A stretch of 64,000 nucleotides of DNA. It comes from the human T2T-CHM13v2.0 reference genome, Homo sapiens. The notes below the pieces were generated by a model. The model had not been told where the DNA came from. It made no database searches and worked only from the letters and a program-made list of their open reading frames with translations. Of this stretch, positions 55,552 through 64,000 are shown one piece after another (the stretch's first letter is position 1; each line of letters opens with the position of its first letter). The DNA is taken from NCBI RefSeq assembly GCF_009914755.1, contig NC_060928.1; one strand, written 5' to 3'. The position numbers were made by a program, and so were the translations under genes.

Positions 55552-57170
55552 TCTACAATGGAAATTAGAGGTTTCACATAAAAATCAGCTCTCTGAACTT
55601 TAACTCAAGAAGGAAAAGAGAAATCCACCAAAATCAGAAAAAAAGCCCCAAACCCTGGGGAGGAGATGCAGGCAAATAGCCCCCTTGACAGCATCTGGCT
55701 GATAAAAGTGAGTAAAGTTCCAGTACACGTGAGAGGCAGAGAGCCTCCCTCTGTGACTTACCTTTCCACTGGGGATCTGAGCAACCCAGGCTGAGGGAGA
55801 GCACTTTGTTTCCCCCAAGCCCAGGACTATTTTGGGAAGAGACTTGGAGGTCTGAGAGAGAAAGAGAGTGAGAAAAGCTGCAGGCATTTCCCATGGACCC
55901 TCAGGACTAAGAGCAGGATGCCATTCTGAATCCAGGTTAAAACAGTCAGCCATTCTTTGGTGACCTGGCAGCATGGCCCTGCAGGCATTTCAATCGTAGA
56001 CTAGAGATTGGAGCACTTGCTCTGGAGTGGAGTAGGGGCCTCCACAACCAGAATCATAAAGAGCTACTCAGCAGCAGTCACTGCAGTTACTTTCTTCCCC
56101 ATCCCAGGCCTGGGTTGGGGAGAGGGCTGCTACAGCTACAGTTTTTGCTGGGTGATTTGAAGCCAGAGCCACCTTGGTGACCTGGAACTGGTCTAAGTGA
56201 GTCACTGCTGGGTGTCCCAGCCTGCTCCCCTGAGATTATGGTGCACCAGGGCCCCCTCCTCTCTGTGCCTAGGAAGATCTCCAAGCATTTGGAGCACTCA
56301 TTCACATTGACTAGCAATGCGAGACACCCCATCCTTCTTGTGCAGAGTCCTCTCCAGGCCATGCCCAAGCATATTCCCAGGTATTCAGAGCACCCATTCT
56401 GCTGGATCAGCAGCTTGCCCCAGCCCACTCTCCTTGTGCAGAGATCCTGGTGCAGGGAGTCTCTCTCCACTTTATGTTTAGGCAAGTCTGTAGGCATTGA
56501 GAGCAACTGCTCACCTGGTTCAGTAGTTCCACCCTACTTGCCCTGGATATAGATTGTGATGCAGCACGGCCCTCTCTGTTGCATGCTTAGACTGATCTTC
56601 AGGTAGTCAAAGTACCTGCTCACCCAGATTGGTAGCTTGAGCCACTGTACCCTTTTTGTGCAGAGATCCTGGAGCAGAGATTGTGGTGCAGCAGCACCCT
56701 CTGCACTACCCACTCAGGCAGACCTCCAGGTACCTGGAGAACCCACTCTCCTAGATTGAGAGTTTAGGCCAGCCTTTCTAATCATGCAGAGGACTTGGAG
56801 CTGAGAAGATTTATCAGCTCAATGCCTAGGTGCACCTCTGGGTGCTTGGAGGCCACCCATTAGATTCTTCTTTAGCACTAGTGCTTGTGCCTGTCATCAA
56901 GGGTCCTGCAGGTGGGCATGCCTAGTCTGGACCTGCCCATCATAGTCCTCACTCCCCAGGGCTGAACAGGGAGCTCAAACCACTGTGCAATCCACAGATC
57001 AGTCCATTGCCTGAGGCAACAGAGACCTTCTCTCAGTAAACAAGGCTCAGGTATATACCCAGCCATATTAGCCCCATCCAGTTCTTATCCATAAATACCA
57101 TCTACTGGCTTGTAGGTTGGACTGCACAGATAAGTATAAAACCCACCAAAAGAAGTGCAAAAGCAAAAAG

Positions 57171-57208
57171 ACCTTACCCAACATTCTCTACCTTACCCAA
57201 CATTCTCT
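57171..57208. repeat. Perfect 19-nt tandem duplication
   Basis: accttacccaacattctct occurs twice. Confidence 0.95.
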
Positions 57209-57485
57209 ATAGTCACACCCCCTAGGGAGGGGGAAAAGGGAAAGAGAAAGAGACAGAAAACCACTAAGTTTATAAAGAAATAAAGTAAAAGAAAAATTCC
57301 TACCTGTACAAAAATAATTACAAAAATCAGAAGTGCCAGAATCTCCAGATAAGAAGAAACCAACACAAGAATTATGGCACCATAAAAATTCTGAGTGTAG
57401 TGACACCACGAAAGGTCACACTAGCTCTCCTGCAGTGGTCCCTAACCAAAATGGATACTCAGACATGAGAGATAAGGAATTCAAA

Positions 57486-59779
<2,294 letters not shown>

Positions 59780-59782
<3 letters not shown>

Positions 59783-60520
59783 ACATCGCTTATCATTAGA
59801 AAAATGCAAATCAAAACCACAGTGAGATACTATCTAACACCAGTCAGAATGGCTAGTATTAAAAGTCAATAAATAACAGATGCTGGCAAGGTTGTGGAGA
59901 AAAAGGATTGCTGGTGGGAGTGTAAATTAGTTCAACCATTGTGGAAGACAGTGTGACAATTTCTCAAAGACCTAAAGACATATATACCATTTGACTTAGT
60001 AATCTCATTACTGGGTATATCTGAAAGGAATATAAATTATTCTATTCTAAAGACACATGCATCTGTATGTTCACTGCAGCACTATTCGCAATAGCAAACA
60101 TGTGGAATCAACCGAAACGCTCATCACTGATAGACTGGATAAAGAAAATGTAGTATATATACCATGGGATACTATACAGCCATTAAAAAATAATGAGATC
60201 ATGTCCTTTGCAGGAACATGGATGGAGCTAGAGGCCATTATCCTTAGCAAACTAACTCAGGAACAGAAAACCAAATACCACATATCCTCACTTATAAGTG
60301 AGAGGTAAATGATGAGACTACATGGACAGATAGAACAGAAAAACACACACTGGGCCTATTGGAGGGTGGAGGGTGGGAGGAGGGAGAGGATCAGGAAAAA
60401 TAATTCATGAGTACTGGGCTTAATACTTGGGTGATGCAATAATCTGTACAACAAAACCCCATGATACAAGTTTACCTATGTAGCAAACCTGCACATGTAC
60501 TCTGAACTAAAAAAAAAGAA
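59780..60520 (+). mobile_element. Sense 3' end of the same nested L1PA
   Basis: aaatgcaaatcaaaaccacagtgagata...aacctgcacatgtactctgaactaaaaaaaaa. Confidence 0.9.
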
Positions 60521-60593
60521 GTAGAATGATTGTTTGCCCTTGAAGTTATATTGTTGTCAGTTTTAATTCAATTGTTATAACTTAAAAAAATAA

Positions 60594-60971
<378 letters not shown>

Positions 60972-63097
60972 TAACACAAAGAAATTTCTAAAGCTAATCA
61001 AGAAATAAATGAAGAGGTGAAGATATTTAAAAGAAATCAGTTAGACTTTATGGAATTGAAAAACTCATTTAAGGAACTTCAAAATTCAATTCGAAGCTTT
61101 CTCAATAGACTGGACCAAATAGAAGAAAAAAAATTCAAAACTCAAAAACTGGTCTTTCCAACTAACCCAGTCAGACAAAACTAAGAAAAAAAATAATTTT
61201 AAAAATGAAGAAATTCTTCAAGAAACATTGGATTATATAAAGCAAACAAACCTATGAATTATTGTCATTTCTGAAAGAGAAGGAGAAAAAGTAAACAACC
61301 TGAAAAATATGTTTGAGGAAATAATTCAAGAGAATTTTTCTAATTTTGCTAGGGAAGTAAACATTCAGATACAAGAAATATTATACAAGACAAACATCAC
61401 CAAGGCATATAGTCACCAGATTGTCCAAGGTTAACTCAAAAGAAAAATTCTTAAAATAGCTAGAGAAAAAGGCCAGATCATGTACAAAGGGAACCCCATC
61501 AGGCTAACAGCATACTTCTCAACAGCAACCTTACAATCCAGCTAACCTTACAATCAAAGAGACTGAAAGCCTATTTTCAGCATTCTTAAAGAAAAAAAAT
61601 CTAACCAAGAATTTCATATCCCATTTTCATAAAAGAACTAAAGCTTGTCCAGAGAAGCAGGCACAAAGGGAATTTGTTACCACTAGACCAGCCTTAAGAG
61701 AGAACTTTAAGGGATTTCTAAGCATAGAAACAAAAGAATGATACATGCTACCACAAAAACTCAATTAAGTACATAGCTCACAGACCCTATAAAGCAACCA
61801 AACAATAGAAACTACAAAGCAACCAGCCAACAAGTTCATAATAGGATGAAAACCTCATATATCAATATTAACCTTGAATGTAAATGGTTTAAATGCCCCA
61901 CTTAAAAGGCACAGAGTTGGAAGTTTTGTCTGTGTGTGTGTATGTATATATATATATTCATATATATAAAGACCCTTTCGTCTGTTACCTTCAAGAGACC
62001 ATTTCACATAGCCTCAAAATAAAAGGTTGGGGAAGGAGCTATCATGCAAATGGAATACAAAAAGGAGCAAAGGTCACTCTTCTTATATCAGATAAAACAG
62101 ACCTTAGATAGTAAAAAAGGATAAAGAAAGAAATTACATAATGATAAAGCATTCAATTTAATAAGAAGACTTAGCTATCCTAAACATATATACAACCAAC
62201 ATTTGAGGACTCAGATTCATACAACAGCAACTTCTAGATCTATGAAAAGACTCAAACACACTATAATAGTGGAAAACTTCAACACCCAAATGACAGCATT
62301 AGACAGATCATCAAGGCAGAAAACTAACATAGAAATTCTGTTCTTAATTTCAACACTTGAACCAACTGAAACTAATGGAAATCTACAGAATACTCCACCC
62401 ATCAACCACAGAATATACATTATTCTCATCTACACACAGAATGTACTCCAAGATTGACCACATTTTCAGCCATAAAGCAAGTTTTAATAAATTAAAAAAA
62501 TTTAAATCATACTAACCATACTCTCAGACCACAAAGGAATAAACATAGCAATCAATACAAAGAAAATCTCCCCAAACCACACAATTATCTGGAAATTAAA
62601 CAACTTGCTCCTGAATAACTTCTGGGTAAACAACAAAATGAAGTCAGAAAAAAAATATTTGAAATAAAAGAAAACAGAGACACACATAGCAAAATCTCTA
62701 GGATGCAGACAAGGAGTGTTCAGAGAAAAATTTATAACACCAATTTTCTATTTCAAAAAGTTAAAAAGATTTCAAATTAACAATATAACACTAAACTTAA
62801 AGGAACTAGAAAAGTAAGAATGAACAAATCCTAAAGCTAGCAGAAGAAAATAAATAACTAAAATCAGAGCATAACTGAATAAAATTGAGACACAAAACTC
62901 CTTGGAAAGAATCAACAAAACCAAAAGCTGATTTTCTGAAAAGATAAAGAAAATTGATAGACTGATAGCTAGATGAACAAAGAAAAAATAGTGAAGATCC
63001 AAATAAGCACAATCAGAAATGACAAAGGTTGTTACAACCGATGGCACAGAAACACAAAAAAATCCTCAGAGAATGTTATAAACACTTCTAAGCACTC

Positions 63098-63508
63098 TGA
63101 TATCATGTGGATGTTTGTTCCCGCTAAATCCCATGTTGAAATGGAATCCTCAGCATGTAGGGCCTGGTGGGAGATGATTAGGTCATTGGGGCAAATCCCT
63201 CATGAATAGCTTAGTGCTGTCTTTGTGATGAGTGTGTTCGCACTCTGAGTTCATGTGAAATCTCATTGTTTAAAAGAGTGTGGCACCTCCTGCTCTCTCT
63301 TGCTCCCACTCTCACCATGAGATACGATGGCTCCCCCTTCTCCTTTGACCATGGTTGAAAGCTCCCTGAGGCCTCACCAGAAGCAAAGCAGATGCTGGCA
63401 TGTGCTTTCCATACATTCTGCAGAACTATGAGCCAATAATTCTTTCTTTCTTTATAAATCACCCACCTCAAATATTTCTTTAGAGCAAAGCAAGAATGGA
63501 CTAAGACA
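63098..63508 (+). mobile_element. MST (MaLR) LTR in L1 ORF2
   Basis: tgatat...ctaagaca; near-TSD cactc/cacgc. Confidence 0.9.
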
Positions 63509-64000
63509 CACGCAAAATAGAAAATCTAGAGGAAATACATAAATTTCTGGAATTTATAATTTCCTGGAAACACACAACCTCCGAAGATTGACTCAGAAAG
63601 AAACTGAAGCCCTGAACAGACCAATATTAAGTTCCAAAACTGAACCAGTAGTAAAAAACTTACCAACTGAAAAAAAAAAGCTTCAGACCAGATGGATTTA
63701 CAGCTGAATTCTGTCAGGCATACAAAGAACTGCTAGTACCAATTCTGCTGAAACTATTCCAAAAAACTTAGGGGAAGGGACTCCTCCCTAACTCATTCTA
63801 GGAAGTCAGAATCACCCTGACACCAAAACCTGGCAAAGATGCAGTAAAAAAAGAAAACTATAGGCCAATATCCCCCAATATCCCTGAAGGACTTAGACAC
63901 AAAAATCGTCAACAAAATAGTAGCAAATCAAACCAGCAGGGCATCAAAAAGTTAATTCACCACTATCAAGTAGGTTTCTTTCTTCTTATGTAAAGTTGGC

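Noticed and set aside
55286-55577. YI/CM-rich repetitive ORFs
   Set aside because: Translations of a microsatellite.
55600-57070. ORFs of 86-139 aa in a GC-richer region, possible promoter or gene
   Set aside because: Lies in the 5'UTR of the old L1 and is CpG-depleted.

Overview
AT-rich, repeat-dense primate (human-like) genomic DNA with no intact host protein-coding gene. Most ORF-track entries are Alu, L1, LTR or microsatellite noise. Main discovery: the unique islands between repeats in ~2.5-44 kb are minus-strand, splice-site-bounded exon remnants. Their translations carry many stops and frameshifts but match GREB1/GREB1L motifs in collinear N-to-C order. This suggests a decayed, intron-containing pseudogene of a divergent third GREB1-family paralog, whose C-terminal glycosyltransferase half should lie left of position 1. 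The GREB1 comparisons come from recalled sequence and need alignment. Also present: a 3.7-kb multiply deleted HERV-K(HML-3)/HERVK9 provirus with MER9-type LTRs; an AluY insertion that copied 68 nt from the flank of a neighbouring inverted Alu; a twin-primed L1 nested in an older L1; and many Alu, MaLR, ERV1 LTR, MIR, L2 and MER elements. Repeat subfamily names are by eye.
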